64,000 nucleotides of DNA. Source: an uncultured Candidatus Poseidoniales archaeon (GTDB lineage Archaea > Thermoplasmatota > Poseidoniia > Poseidoniales > Poseidoniaceae). Below are positions 1 to 9,513 of the stretch, piece by piece. The notes beneath the pieces are model-generated. The model was not told the DNA's origin. It saw nothing but the letters and a program-made list of their open reading frames with translations, and searched no databases. The translations under genes were made by a program, and so were the position numbers. Position 1 is the stretch's first letter. Each line of letters opens with the position of its first letter. The stretch spans positions 336-64,335 of the forward strand of contig CAZTGO010000005.1 of the NCBI GenBank assembly GCA_964613395.1, in the 5' to 3' direction.

Positions 1-1388
1 TGCTGACGAATCGTTGACAAGACCTCTCTTGCTTGATGTTCTTGCCCAAGTGCATGCATGATCACTGCAGAGGAGTTGAGCCCTTGAACATTCGAAGGAT
101 GTTGTTGATTGTGAACATTCACAATACCCAGAGCCTTCTCCGCACGGCCACTAGCGTACAATGCACTTGATAAATTCAACAGAATTTCGCTTTGATGTGG
201 TGCTAATTTTGCCGCTTCACGTAGTGCTAAAATCGAACTATCAAACTGTGAAGAAGCAAGATGTTGACTGCTTGAATTCGATTGGAGTTCCTTTGCACGT
301 TCAAACAGTGCTAATCCATAATTATTGAAAACCGCTGACTGTTGAGGGAATTCAGAAGCAAGTCTTTGAAATGACTGAGCTGCTTCAATCCATTGACCTG
401 TTTGAAATGCCATAAATCCTTGTTGAACGAGATGAGCCAAATCATTGCGTGAACCCAAATCTATTGACATTGCTTGGGAGGGATGTAATTCGAGGATTAT
501 TGGTTGATTTAGTGGAAGTTCAGACACCTGAGAATGTTCCAACGGAGAATGATACACAGCATCTGAACCTTCAAAATTATGATCATAAACCACCACGGTC
601 TCTTCGAGTGAAGCGTATTCCATCTCAACGACTTGAGGGGCATCATTGTAAATTTCTTCATAATCTGGAATCTCAGCATCGATTTTCCAATATTCAGGGA
701 TTGAAGATACTCCTTTTTCTTCAGATAGAATTCGAGCTCCCGTCAAACGAACAACATGGGGTTCGGAAGGTATGGCATCAATCACTTCAAGCGTGTTGAT
801 GTGTGGGGAATTTGATAGTTCTTCATCGTCTTGAATCATCAAATCGTCCACTTGAAATTCAAATGTCTCTGTAGGTTCATTCTCGAGGTTCAAATCAACG
901 AACTCTACGGCAGGAGGTACCTCTTGTTCATCGATGGAAACATGTTCAGATACTGACTCTACTTTTTGCTGTGATTCAACTGATTTAGGCTGCTCGAGAT
1001 CATCAATACTCTGTTGAGGCATAAGATCTTCTCGTTTGATTTGAATGTCGAGGTGTTCATCTTCGTCAATCGAATGTTCAACTTCAAACGGCATACCTGA
1101 AGAATAGCTTCCAATACCAAACGGAAGCCCCGGTTCTACAACATTTGATTGTCCCTGAAAACCGAAAGGTAATGTCGATACTTGCTGAGGTTCTGCTATT
1201 GGTTTTTCTTCTGGAGGTTCTGTACCTTCAAAATCATAGAATGAGTCGACTGCGTCATCTAAGCCCGGTACTTCACCAAACTCCTCGGACACATCTTGTT
1301 CTGCAAGGTCTTTTCGCAAGAGGCTGCCACATGCTGGACAGGAATGCCCTCCGAGAGAAAAAAGACCACAAACTTCGCACTCAAACAT
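1..1388 (-). CDS. Zinc-ribbon / acidic linker / TPR-repeat protein, partial (C-terminal end runs off the window start)
   Basis: Absent from the supplied ORF track because it has no stop inside the window. Hand translation from ATG at 1388-1386 gives MFECEVCGLFSLGGHSCPACGSLLRKDLAEQDVSEEFGEVPGLDDAVDSFYDFEGTEPPEEKP..., a CxxC-x10-CxxC zinc ribbon followed by a D/E/P-rich linker. The frame is still open at 360-480, reading ...SQAMSIDLGSRNDLAHLVQQGFMAFQTGQWIEAAQSFQRL (TPR-like helices). I did not translate 480-1080 by hand. Track ORFs 449..799(+) and 1145..1417(+) are antisense to it. Confidence 0.6.
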   Translation of the reverse strand, partial: MFECEVCGLFSLGGHSCPACGSLLRKDLAEQDVSEEFGEVPGLDDAVDSFYDFEGTEPPEEKPIAEPQQVSTLPFGFQGQSNVVEPGLPFGIGSYSSGMPFEVEHSIDEDEHLDIQIKREDLMPQQSIDDLEQPKSVESQQKVESVSEHVSIDEQEVPPAVEFVDLNLENEPTETFEFQVDDLMIQDDEELSNSPHINTLEVIDAIPSEPHVVRLTGARILSEEKGVSSIPEYWKIDAEIPDYEEIYNDAPQVVEMEYASLEETVVVYDHNFEGSDAVYHSPLEHSQVSELPLNQPIILELHPSQAMSIDLGSRNDLAHLVQQGFMAFQTGQWIEAAQSFQRLASEFPQQSAVFNNYGLALFERAKELQSNSSSQHLASSQFDSSILALREAAKLAPHQSEILLNLSSALYASGRAEKALGIVNVHNQQHPSNVQGLNSSAVIMHALGQEHQAREVLSTIRQ

Positions 1389-1445
1389 GGTCGACCCGAC
1401 TCTTTGAATTCGGCTGAATTCTTGAATTCATCCCTTGGTTGACCA

Positions 1446-3155
1446 TCATTCTTCGCTTTCGTGTTTTGATGTCATCTCTCGAATTTCCTGGACGACATCA
1501 TTCAAAATGTTTCCATCTTGGTCGACGAGTGAATCAGAGAAACTTTTACCTCGTGATTTACCTCTTGAGACCTGCCAGATGATGCCAAAGGTGGTTAGAC
1601 CTACAAGAATAAGTTTCATCTCTGTACCGTGTTCTGCTCCACCAACAACGTAAACAAGAATCATGTAAAAAGAAATGATAAGGGTTGTGAGGATCATGAC
1701 TGGAAATCCAGCTTTGAAAAATTCGTTAAACGAAATAGGATGTCCTGCTTCTTCACTTAATCCGGCCGTCACTACATTAGCTGATGCACCGATAAGTGTT
1801 CCATTGCCGCCTAAACACGCACCAAAGGCAAGGGCCCAAATCAAAGGTTCAAGAGGCATGTCAAGATTCGTAGCAATCTGCAAAACGATTGGAATCATCG
1901 TCGCAGTGTAAGGTATATTGTCAAGGAAGGCTGAAACAACCGCAGATACCCACAAAAGAATGAGTACACCAGCAGTGAGGCGAATCACTTCATCTTCACC
2001 GAAGAACTCGATACCCTGTTCAACATATCCTCCGATGTACGTGATGACACCGAGATACTGAAGTGAATGGACAAGTACAAAGAGACCAGCAAAGAAAAGC
2101 AATGTTGTCCATTCGACGTGGTGGAGAGGCTCCTCAAGTTCGTGTCGACTTGTTGCGAGGAGCATCAAAACAGCACCAGTCAACGCTATCCAAGACACAG
2201 CGATTTGAGTGATTGGGTGTGTGAAAAATCCGATAATGACAAGACCTAGAATTGTTCCGGAAACTGCGAGCATTTTTTTGTCTTTAATCCCATACATACG
2301 CTCGAGTTCTTTCACATCACGGATTCGTTGTCCAGAGAAATCTTCAGCATAGAACCATTTGAGGAACATAAATGTCGGAACGATGGTCATCAGAATACCA
2401 GGGGCCATTTCAATGATGAAGTCATTGAACGTTACACCAGAAGAGGACATCGCTGCAATACTTGGGTCTGCGTTCCCCTTAATTTGAGAAGGCGAAAGTG
2501 CCGAACCAATCATGATATTTGGTGGGTCACCTATCATCGTTGCAGCACCACCGATATTCGAAAACAGGACCTCTGCAATTAATATCGGAATGGGCCGTAA
2601 ATCAAGGACTCGTGCGAGTTGAATTGTTACGGGTGTGAGAAGGAGCATCGTCGTAACGTTGTCTAAAAAGGCCGATAGGACGGCTGTAACGACACAAAGA
2701 ATAACAACAAGGGTCCAAATTGAGCCGTTGCTTTTCTTATATGCATAAATTGCAAAATACTCAAACACACCTGTTTGTGATATGACCCCTACCATAACCA
2801 TCATACCGAGAAGAAGACCGATTGTTTCCCAGTCGATCATTGTGGTGACTGCACGGAGAGTCAACGTATCTTCTACAGTGTAATGATTCAAAGCAAGGAC
2901 AGCAAGCAAACCTCCGAGGGCTGCAGCAAGTGTTCGGTGTACGACCTCGGTCACGATGAGAACATACACTCCAACGAGAATTGCTAAACCGACCCAAACA
3001 GCCTGGGAAGGAATTTGACTTTCGTCGAATTTGAGATAGACATCGTATCCAGAACCTCCTCCGGCAGCAGATGACGATTTGAGGAACATCATGAGGCCAA
3101 GAAAGGCCAACATCAATAATGCAGCAATGGATGAGCGATTTCGGCTGTACAGCAT
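1446..3155 (-). CDS. ArsB/NhaD-superfamily (YbiR/CitMHS-like) ion permease, polytopic membrane protein
   Basis: 569 aa with many hydrophobic helices. It carries the duplicated signature of the ArsB/NhaD permease fold: SNIGGAATMIGDPPNIMIGS in the first half and CLGGNGTLIGASANVV in the second. ATG start at 3155. Confidence 0.75.
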   Translation of the reverse strand: MLYSRNRSSIAALLMLAFLGLMMFLKSSSAAGGGSGYDVYLKFDESQIPSQAVWVGLAILVGVYVLIVTEVVHRTLAAALGGLLAVLALNHYTVEDTLTLRAVTTMIDWETIGLLLGMMVMVGVISQTGVFEYFAIYAYKKSNGSIWTLVVILCVVTAVLSAFLDNVTTMLLLTPVTIQLARVLDLRPIPILIAEVLFSNIGGAATMIGDPPNIMIGSALSPSQIKGNADPSIAAMSSSGVTFNDFIIEMAPGILMTIVPTFMFLKWFYAEDFSGQRIRDVKELERMYGIKDKKMLAVSGTILGLVIIGFFTHPITQIAVSWIALTGAVLMLLATSRHELEEPLHHVEWTTLLFFAGLFVLVHSLQYLGVITYIGGYVEQGIEFFGEDEVIRLTAGVLILLWVSAVVSAFLDNIPYTATMIPIVLQIATNLDMPLEPLIWALAFGACLGGNGTLIGASANVVTAGLSEEAGHPISFNEFFKAGFPVMILTTLIISFYMILVYVVGGAEHGTEMKLILVGLTTFGIIWQVSRGKSRGKSFSDSLVDQDGNILNDVVQEIREMTSKHESEE

Positions 3156-3211
3156 ATCTTATCGTTCCTTTCCACTTTTATTGACTCTTTGAGTATTGTC
3201 ATTGATTTCAT

Positions 3212-3478
3212 TCATTTTTTGTAGAAAACGCATACATTTCCTCGAGACAAAACAACCACTGAATCTGAGGCACCAGCAAGATGTGCCCAAACATCTTTTA
3301 GTTGGCTTTTATCAAAAAGTCCTTTATTCACCTTTACCTTGACAATTTTTTTTGTCATCAATTGATCTTGAAGCTCTTTTTCAACCATCCCTGATAAGCC
3401 TGATTTACCGATTCGAACAGTTGGTTGAAAGTCTCTTGATTTTGCTTGTTGCAAAACCCAGTCAGGTACATTACTCAC
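3212..3478 (-). CDS. YhbY/CRM-domain RNA-binding protein
   Basis: Motifs PTVRIGKSGLSGMVEKELQDQL...KIVKVKV match the CRS1/YhbY fold. The track ORF begins at 3532 and overlaps the upstream gene by 62 nt. I prefer GTG at 3478-3476, which sits 7 nt after a GGAGG (3490..3486) and gives an 88-aa product of typical YhbY size. Confidence 0.7.
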   Translation of the reverse strand: MSNVPDWVLQQAKSRDFQPTVRIGKSGLSGMVEKELQDQLMTKKIVKVKVNKGLFDKSQLKDVWAHLAGASDSVVVLSRGNVCVFYKK

Positions 3479-3806
3479 TCTTTTCCCTCCGATGATACTT
3501 TGGACCTCCGCCCATTTTACGCTGATAGCCACATAATTTGCAAGTACGAATAACTTGTCCTGCCCGAATTCTCACGACAAAACTGGTTGATGAAAAATGA
3601 CTTTGGAGACATTTCTTGCAATAATGTGAGTGGGCTTCTCGAGGCACTCTTAACCGATGACGCCTCGATATCTTAACAAAATGTCGAACGAGGACTTGAT
3701 GTTGTTCATGGATTCTTGAAATGTTCATCTGTGCTAGGAGGTGCCCTTGTGATTGAAGTGCAACATCCCTTCTTTGAGATTTTATAGCACGATTATTGCG
3801 AACCAT
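3471..3806 (-). CDS. rnp4: Ribonuclease P protein component 4 (Rpp21/Rnp4 family)
   Basis: Basic 111-aa protein with the Rpp21 zinc-ribbon layout ...RRHRLRVPREAHSHYCKKCLQSHFSSTSFVVRIRAGQVIRTCKLCGYQRK. It starts 9 nt downstream of adk. Confidence 0.8.
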   Translation of the reverse strand: MVRNNRAIKSQRRDVALQSQGHLLAQMNISRIHEQHQVLVRHFVKISRRHRLRVPREAHSHYCKKCLQSHFSSTSFVVRIRAGQVIRTCKLCGYQRKMGGGPKYHRREKSE

Positions 3807-3815
3807 ATGTTCAAC

Positions 3816-4442
3816 TCAGGACAATACGCGGAGGATATCTTGGGTGATGTCGTCGATGTCCCTGTGCCCATCAATTCTGAAGAATATTCCTTGTTCATCA
3901 TAGAATAAAGCCAATGGCGAAGTTTGTTGATGATACGTTTCTAATCGAGAACGTACGACGTTCTCATTGTCATCACTTCGGCGTTGTTCTTCAAATGAAC
4001 CACAAGAGCATCCGCCCTCAGGGACAGGTTGGAACGAATCATGGTATACTGTTCCACAATGACCACATGTGTACCTCCCACAAATTCGTTCGACAATGGC
4101 ATCATCCGGCACCTCGATGGCAATCACATGCGTGATCGGAGTAATGTTGGCTAATGCCTCTGCTTGAGGAACGGTTCGAGGAAAGCCATCGAACATGACG
4201 CCTTGACGGGCATCATCCTGTTCAAGTCTATCTGCGATCAAGGCAATAATGACATCATCAGGTACAAGAGCACCTTGTTCCATGTATTCTTTCGCTTTGA
4301 GGCCTACCGGCGTTCCCGCTGCTACAGCAGCCCGAAGCATGTCACCTGTTGAAATTTGAGGCAAACCCGTTTGATTTGTAATTCGTTGGGCCTGCGTACC
4401 CTTACCTGCTCCTGGTGGGCCAAATAAAACAATACTGCTCAT
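3816..4442 (-). CDS. adk: Adenylate kinase (long form with Cys4 zinc lid)
   Basis: P-loop MSSIVLFGPPGAGKGTQAQ, AMP-binding ISTGDMLRAAV, and lid CGRYTCGHCGTVYH...CSCGSFEEQRRSDD. Confidence 0.95.
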   Translation of the reverse strand: MSSIVLFGPPGAGKGTQAQRITNQTGLPQISTGDMLRAAVAAGTPVGLKAKEYMEQGALVPDDVIIALIADRLEQDDARQGVMFDGFPRTVPQAEALANITPITHVIAIEVPDDAIVERICGRYTCGHCGTVYHDSFQPVPEGGCSCGSFEEQRRSDDNENVVRSRLETYHQQTSPLALFYDEQGIFFRIDGHRDIDDITQDILRVLS

Positions 4443-4478
4443 GGCTGTGCCATGGCATTCTCCTTTTGAACACTGGTG

Positions 4479-7400
4479 TTACTTTTGTCTCTCGAGCCAT
4501 TGGTCGCCGTAATGTATCCATTGCTCCATCGTCCAACCCGCAGGAAGACCTCCAGGTGGAAGCGGTGGCCCGGCATTTGCTTGCACAGGTTGTTGAGCCT
4601 GTGGAATCTGAGGAACACTCTTTCCCGCCGAAGGAGGCATTACATTCGGTAATGTCGCCGGAGGCATTCCTGCTGGTGGAAGCCCCTTAGGTACCTGAAA
4701 GGCAGGTGGAGGCATCGAACTTGGTAGCGATGCCATGCCTGGCGGGAGATTTTTGGGTACACCCGTTGGTGCAATGGGAACGTCCATCGATTGCAAAATT
4801 GCTTGGGCAATTTCGTCTTTGCTCACTTCTGCACTTGCTGTTTTGTTGATTGCATGATCAATATCAAGTGCCTCTTCCCTTCGAGCGTCGAGATGTTCAG
4901 GGTGGCCGTGCATATCTGGCAACCCAAGAGCAGAATCATCTGAAATTAATTCGCCTGATTTTTTCATTTTACGAGCCAATATCACCACGACACCTAGGAA
5001 AATGGCTGCGATTGGCACGCTCACATACACAGGCAAATCTTGGAAGAATCCGGAATCTCCACCTGCTCCATCCGTTGTCAATTCAAGGATTAACGTCATT
5101 GTTTCACCGGTTTTGGTAGTGAGATTTACGTGCAGAAAACCAATGGCAATAGAGGCCCCTTCTTTAGGCGATACTGTAAGTTCAATTTCTACTTCATCCC
5201 CAATTGCTAAATTTTCAACGGAGGATTCCGAAGACGATATGCTCCAATCGGTCCTCACTTCGTCATCTTTGTCAAGCACTACGAATGAAATATCCCCTGA
5301 TAGAGGGACATTACCATCGTTACGAAGAATGAGTGTTGTACGTTCTGAGTCATCAGCATTCATGAGTTGGAACGGTTTATCTCCAGGTTGTTCTAGTGAT
5401 AAATTTCCATACATCGAACTCAGCACACCAACAGTTGTATTTACCGAACTTATGGTTGTACGGCCCAAACTTGTTCCAGTAACAAAGACCTGTAAATTGA
5501 ATGATTCATCAGCGATACTAGCTCCGGCAGGCGGCAAGATGCCAATTCGAACAACACCGGAATCTCTAGGTTCCAAATAATTGATTGGATTTGAAAACCC
5601 GATTGTCCATCCATCAGGTGCTACATTGTTCGACCATTCCAAATTGAGCGGTGTATTTCCTACATTCGTTACAGTGTACTCGCCAAATGTGTAGCCATCC
5701 GAAATTTTGGTCATGATGTTTCCGCTGGCAGGTCCGAGTAAATCCAATGCTAGTTCGTCTTTAACAACGAGTTTCGTCGAATTGCTTCGATAATTTGACG
5801 AAGATTTCTCGGTGCGTATGGTAAAGGTGTTTTCATCTCCTTCATCAGCAGCCTCTGGTACACCAAAGAGAAGTTGAACCACTTTTGTTTCACCCGCAGC
5901 AATGGTGAGAGATAACTGTCGAGGGTCGTCTCGACCATTTTCGGAGAGTTGAGCAATCCACGATTCAAAGGCTGAGATGACCCTAACAGTGAGGGCAATT
6001 TCCCGGTTACCTAGATTCTCAATTGTCAAATTCATGTAGATAAATTGGCCGGAATCTACTGCAACATCGTCTTCTAAGGTCGAAGGCCCGAGGTATCCAT
6101 CATCATTGCTTAGCCTCACCTTGTAATCATCGAATGGGTCCACTGTGACTTGGACAACCTCGGTGTGATTCATTGAGGAATCTGTAAGCGAGGTGACATA
6201 ACAAGTCACGCTATCGACAAATCCTGCGGTTGGCAAACCATTTGCCACCGGTGGAACGACGATACGAATGGCCATAGGTAGGAACTCATGTAGATCAAGT
6301 GGTTCAAAGTCAAGTCGAGAAGAGTTAGAATTCCCAAGCATGATTTGCCAGCGGTTTTCTGATTCACAAAGAACTGAATACTGGGCTGGTGAATTTCCAA
6401 TATTTTTCACTGAGACGGAAAACATAACGGAATTACCCGGTACTGCCCGAAGGTCATTTGTTCCCGCTGAAGCGATCAGTACATCGTGGAATGTCGGCAC
6501 TTCAAGCGTTACGCGTTGCGTATGTGCTACTGTTGGTTGGAATTCGTAACGAACGGAAATGTCAATCACATATGTTCCTGCACGAATATATCTTGGAGAT
6601 TCCGGGTCTGAAAAATCAGCATCCAAATCAAGTAGTTCGAGGTCGATGAAATAGGAGTCGTTTTCGGTTCCCTGTGCAGACATCAACACATTATCGTCTT
6701 TCGAAAAGGTTCGTTGCCATGCATCGATTGAAGGTTCGAGTAGATCTGGACGTTCAGAATTTGGCATTTGAACCATTGATGCAGATATGTCAACCGATTG
6801 ATTTCCAGTTCCTTCGTGAAGAACGACCAGTGGCAAGGTCACCAAAGGTCCATCAGTAACATCGACGGTGATTTTGGAATTGTTTTCCCGCTCACTTTGA
6901 GTTTGAGGAATAGTCCCATCATCGTTTGCTATGAGGACTCGAACACCGAGTGCCATCACTTCGACATCGATGTCGTAGACGTTGTTGTTTGAACCATTTG
7001 TTTCGTCATTGATTTCATCCACTTGACCCATAACATCAACTGAAAGGCGAAGAGAATGTACACCTGTGGTCGAGAATGAATGGTAAATCGTCATTGAATC
7101 TATCCCACCTGGCGATACAGATGACCTGTTTGCTTGAAGCAACGTCTGACCAGTTGTGAGGTCTTCAAATTTGATCATATGTGAACCAGAAGCAGCTGTG
7201 CCTTGATTACCATACGCAACCGAGATTGAGATGACATCGTTTCGAAGTGGATTTGTTGAAGAAAGCACAACACTTCCGTCATAGGTAACGAGGTCAGCAA
7301 TGGTGATTGGAGACGCAATTGCGCTCATTACAAGGGAGAATTTTTGTGTGACTCCGCCCTTGTGTTCTACACGAAGAACCCAGTTATCTTGTCCTGAAAT

Positions 7401-9452
7401 GACGCCAGGCTTGATTTTAATTCGTTCAACATTGTTGAGTGAATCAGCACTACCTCCTGTTGTCGAAACGCCATTTTGGAACACGTTGCCGAGGTAGACT
7501 TGCCCAGAAGGACCTTCGAGAATTAAGTTGAGGTCGTTCACAAGTCGAGATTGCGTTTGTTCGGCGTTTGCACTTCCAGCCTCGTCTGACCAGGCGAGGG
7601 TGATGTCAACCCCTTCATTCATATCCATAATAAATGGATAGGAGAGGGAAAAGCCGGGACGAATGGTCTGCTTATCGTCATAATATTGGTCAAGAACTGT
7701 TGAGCCAGATGTCGGCATGATGGATTGTTCAAGATTGATTTGGCCCCATCCTTCGTTATCGTTTGGAATATCCTGTGTTCCTAAATCAGTAGCACCATTG
7801 ATGAGAACCGCCTTGACGAGTGACCCTGAAGGAGTGAAGATACTCTGCTGTTCTCGGAGATATTCACGAACCAATGCCCCTACACCAGACGCAACAGCAG
7901 TCGCTTGAGAAGTCCCTGACAATGTCATGTACAATGCTGCCCCGTTTGAGTGGAAACCTGTTCCACAGGAAGTTCCAGAAACAATGCTCGATTCCTCTGG
8001 TCGACCTGAGCAAATATTCACTCCTGGAGCAACGAGGTCTGGTTTGATGCGTCCATCCAATGTTGGTCCTTCACTTGAGAACGAGGCCACATCACCCTCT
8101 GCTGCACTTCCACCTGCTCCTGTTGTTGAGGCTCCAATTGAAATCACATTTTTGGCTGTGCCTGGTGAAGTCACTTGTGATGACCCCTGACCACCTCTAT
8201 CCCCGACTGAAAAGAAGGGAATCATGTCAGGATAATCATTCATGAACAGATCAACGCTACGGGCGTCAGCGGTGTACTGTCCGAAATTACCATTGATACC
8301 CCATGCATTGACCGCCACTCTTGCAGTTGCAGTTTCTGCATCTTTGAGCATGTCATAAATTGAACCTAATCGGCCGAAAACACCTGTTGGGTCGTGCTCT
8401 AAGGCGTACATCACAAGTTGTGCACCAGGTGCAACGCCCTTGACCGATGAATCATTGGTCCCGTCACCAAGTACTGTGAGAGCAATATGAGTGCCATGCC
8501 CTGTGTTTTTATCTGCTGGTGAGGAGTCGAGTCCAAATTGTGTGTAAATCGCAATAACGCGGCCGTCGATGTCTGGATGGTCACGGTCGAGTCCTGTATC
8601 TGTGATGGCAATCGTTTCACCACTCCCATCCAAAGTAAATGTGGCGTTGTTGATCACACCTTGGACGCCTGCAATGCTGACTGCATTTGCATTGTGAACT
8701 TCGAGGTCGAAACCAGTCTCCGTCCATATGATTCGTCCATCGTATGCTATTCTTTTTAGCACTTGGAAATACGATGTTGTGTCGGTTGAAAGCGTACAAA
8801 ATGTTGTTCCACACATGACTGCAGTAGCACCACTCGAAAGAAGATCAACGACGAGTAAATTCATTCCTTCATTAGAAACATCTGGTGCGGGAATAAAATT
8901 GAGCACCTCGACTGTAGATGAGCGAGTATCCAAAACTTCTGGGTGGAGTCGCCATTCCGGTTGCATAGAGCCAACCCACCGAACTCGTTCATCGCTGGAT
9001 AGGTCACTAACGAATGTTGTTGACTCTTGTGGTGCTCGAACGAGCCAAACTTCGTTTGAAATAAATTCAAGCGGTGTAAATTCATATGTATACTTCAACT
9101 GATTGAGAATCTCTCCGTTTCGTTGATTGAGTTGGAGAAGATACAAACCGGTGAATTTTCCGTCGTTTTCTCTTGGAAATGTATTCACCGTTGGCTCACT
9201 TTGAATGACTGGGTCGAACTGAACAGAGGCCAGAGAAACTATACCATTTGGCTCCATGAGAGAAATTTGACTCTCAATCGGTTCTTGTAACATGGTCCAA
9301 GGTTTTGCATCTTCATGAGAAGGTGGTGCAGATTGCACATCGTAATCTTGTGAAATTTCTTCTGGATTTTCCAAAGAAAAAGAAGCGTATGGTTGAAGTA
9401 AAAACAATACCGAGAAGAAGACCACAACACCTCTCAATCGTTGCATGTGCAT
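4479..9452 (-). CDS. Giant membrane-anchored subtilisin-like (S8) serine protease with CARDB-like stalk repeats and a cytoplasmic Pro-rich tail
   Basis: Signal peptide VVVFFSVLFLLQPYASFS. S8 triad motifs AITDTGLDRDHPD (Asp), GHGTHIALTV (His) and LSGTSQATAVASG (Ser). A P-domain-like segment follows (LAWSDEAGS...LNNVERIKI...NWVLRVEH). Repeated beta-sandwich modules carry x-N-x-G-N motifs (VKNIGNSPAQY, IENLGNREIAL, VTNVGNTPLNL, LRNDGNVPLSG). Single TM helix VSVPIAAIFLGVVVILA, then a 164-aa tail (nt 4482..4973). Confidence 0.9.
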   Translation of the reverse strand: MHMQRLRGVVVFFSVLFLLQPYASFSLENPEEISQDYDVQSAPPSHEDAKPWTMLQEPIESQISLMEPNGIVSLASVQFDPVIQSEPTVNTFPRENDGKFTGLYLLQLNQRNGEILNQLKYTYEFTPLEFISNEVWLVRAPQESTTFVSDLSSDERVRWVGSMQPEWRLHPEVLDTRSSTVEVLNFIPAPDVSNEGMNLLVVDLLSSGATAVMCGTTFCTLSTDTTSYFQVLKRIAYDGRIIWTETGFDLEVHNANAVSIAGVQGVINNATFTLDGSGETIAITDTGLDRDHPDIDGRVIAIYTQFGLDSSPADKNTGHGTHIALTVLGDGTNDSSVKGVAPGAQLVMYALEHDPTGVFGRLGSIYDMLKDAETATARVAVNAWGINGNFGQYTADARSVDLFMNDYPDMIPFFSVGDRGGQGSSQVTSPGTAKNVISIGASTTGAGGSAAEGDVASFSSEGPTLDGRIKPDLVAPGVNICSGRPEESSIVSGTSCGTGFHSNGAALYMTLSGTSQATAVASGVGALVREYLREQQSIFTPSGSLVKAVLINGATDLGTQDIPNDNEGWGQINLEQSIMPTSGSTVLDQYYDDKQTIRPGFSLSYPFIMDMNEGVDITLAWSDEAGSANAEQTQSRLVNDLNLILEGPSGQVYLGNVFQNGVSTTGGSADSLNNVERIKIKPGVISGQDNWVLRVEHKGGVTQKFSLVMSAIASPITIADLVTYDGSVVLSSTNPLRNDVISISVAYGNQGTAASGSHMIKFEDLTTGQTLLQANRSSVSPGGIDSMTIYHSFSTTGVHSLRLSVDVMGQVDEINDETNGSNNNVYDIDVEVMALGVRVLIANDDGTIPQTQSERENNSKITVDVTDGPLVTLPLVVLHEGTGNQSVDISASMVQMPNSERPDLLEPSIDAWQRTFSKDDNVLMSAQGTENDSYFIDLELLDLDADFSDPESPRYIRAGTYVIDISVRYEFQPTVAHTQRVTLEVPTFHDVLIASAGTNDLRAVPGNSVMFSVSVKNIGNSPAQYSVLCESENRWQIMLGNSNSSRLDFEPLDLHEFLPMAIRIVVPPVANGLPTAGFVDSVTCYVTSLTDSSMNHTEVVQVTVDPFDDYKVRLSNDDGYLGPSTLEDDVAVDSGQFIYMNLTIENLGNREIALTVRVISAFESWIAQLSENGRDDPRQLSLTIAAGETKVVQLLFGVPEAADEGDENTFTIRTEKSSSNYRSNSTKLVVKDELALDLLGPASGNIMTKISDGYTFGEYTVTNVGNTPLNLEWSNNVAPDGWTIGFSNPINYLEPRDSGVVRIGILPPAGASIADESFNLQVFVTGTSLGRTTISSVNTTVGVLSSMYGNLSLEQPGDKPFQLMNADDSERTTLILRNDGNVPLSGDISFVVLDKDDEVRTDWSISSSESSVENLAIGDEVEIELTVSPKEGASIAIGFLHVNLTTKTGETMTLILELTTDGAGGDSGFFQDLPVYVSVPIAAIFLGVVVILARKMKKSGELISDDSALGLPDMHGHPEHLDARREEALDIDHAINKTASAEVSKDEIAQAILQSMDVPIAPTGVPKNLPPGMASLPSSMPPPAFQVPKGLPPAGMPPATLPNVMPPSAGKSVPQIPQAQQPVQANAGPPLPPGGLPAGWTMEQWIHYGDQWLERQK
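4482..4547 (-). other. C-terminal tail peptide LPAGWTMEQWIHYGDQWLERQK (copy 1 of the shared motif)
   Basis: Hand translation of the reverse complement gives GGT CTT CCT GCG GGT TGG ACG ATG GAG CAA TGG ATA CAT TAC GGC GAC CAA TGG CTC GAG AGA CAA AAG. It aligns without gaps to the terminal peptide at 35094..35159. Confidence 0.8.
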
Positions 9453-9513
9453 CCCGAATGACAGTCGACTTTTGAAAACAACCCTAAGTTGAATCGAAGA
9501 TGATGAAATTTAG

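Noticed and set aside
4482-4547. Calling the GWTMEQW / PGWLWD tails bona fide WW domains
   Set aside because: The LPxGW start and the W...W-x-P spacing are WW-like. However, the peptides are only about 20 aa, against about 35 aa for a WW fold, and they lack the central aromatic strand pattern. I keep this as an unnamed motif.
5002-5580. 192-aa + strand ORF (S/T/P-rich) inside the giant S8 protease gene
   Set aside because: It is antisense to a gene with strong motif support. It is low complexity, has no start context, and is typical of shadow ORFs opposite long genes. The same applies to 4850..5119, 6268..6549, 7927..8190 and 8728..9102.
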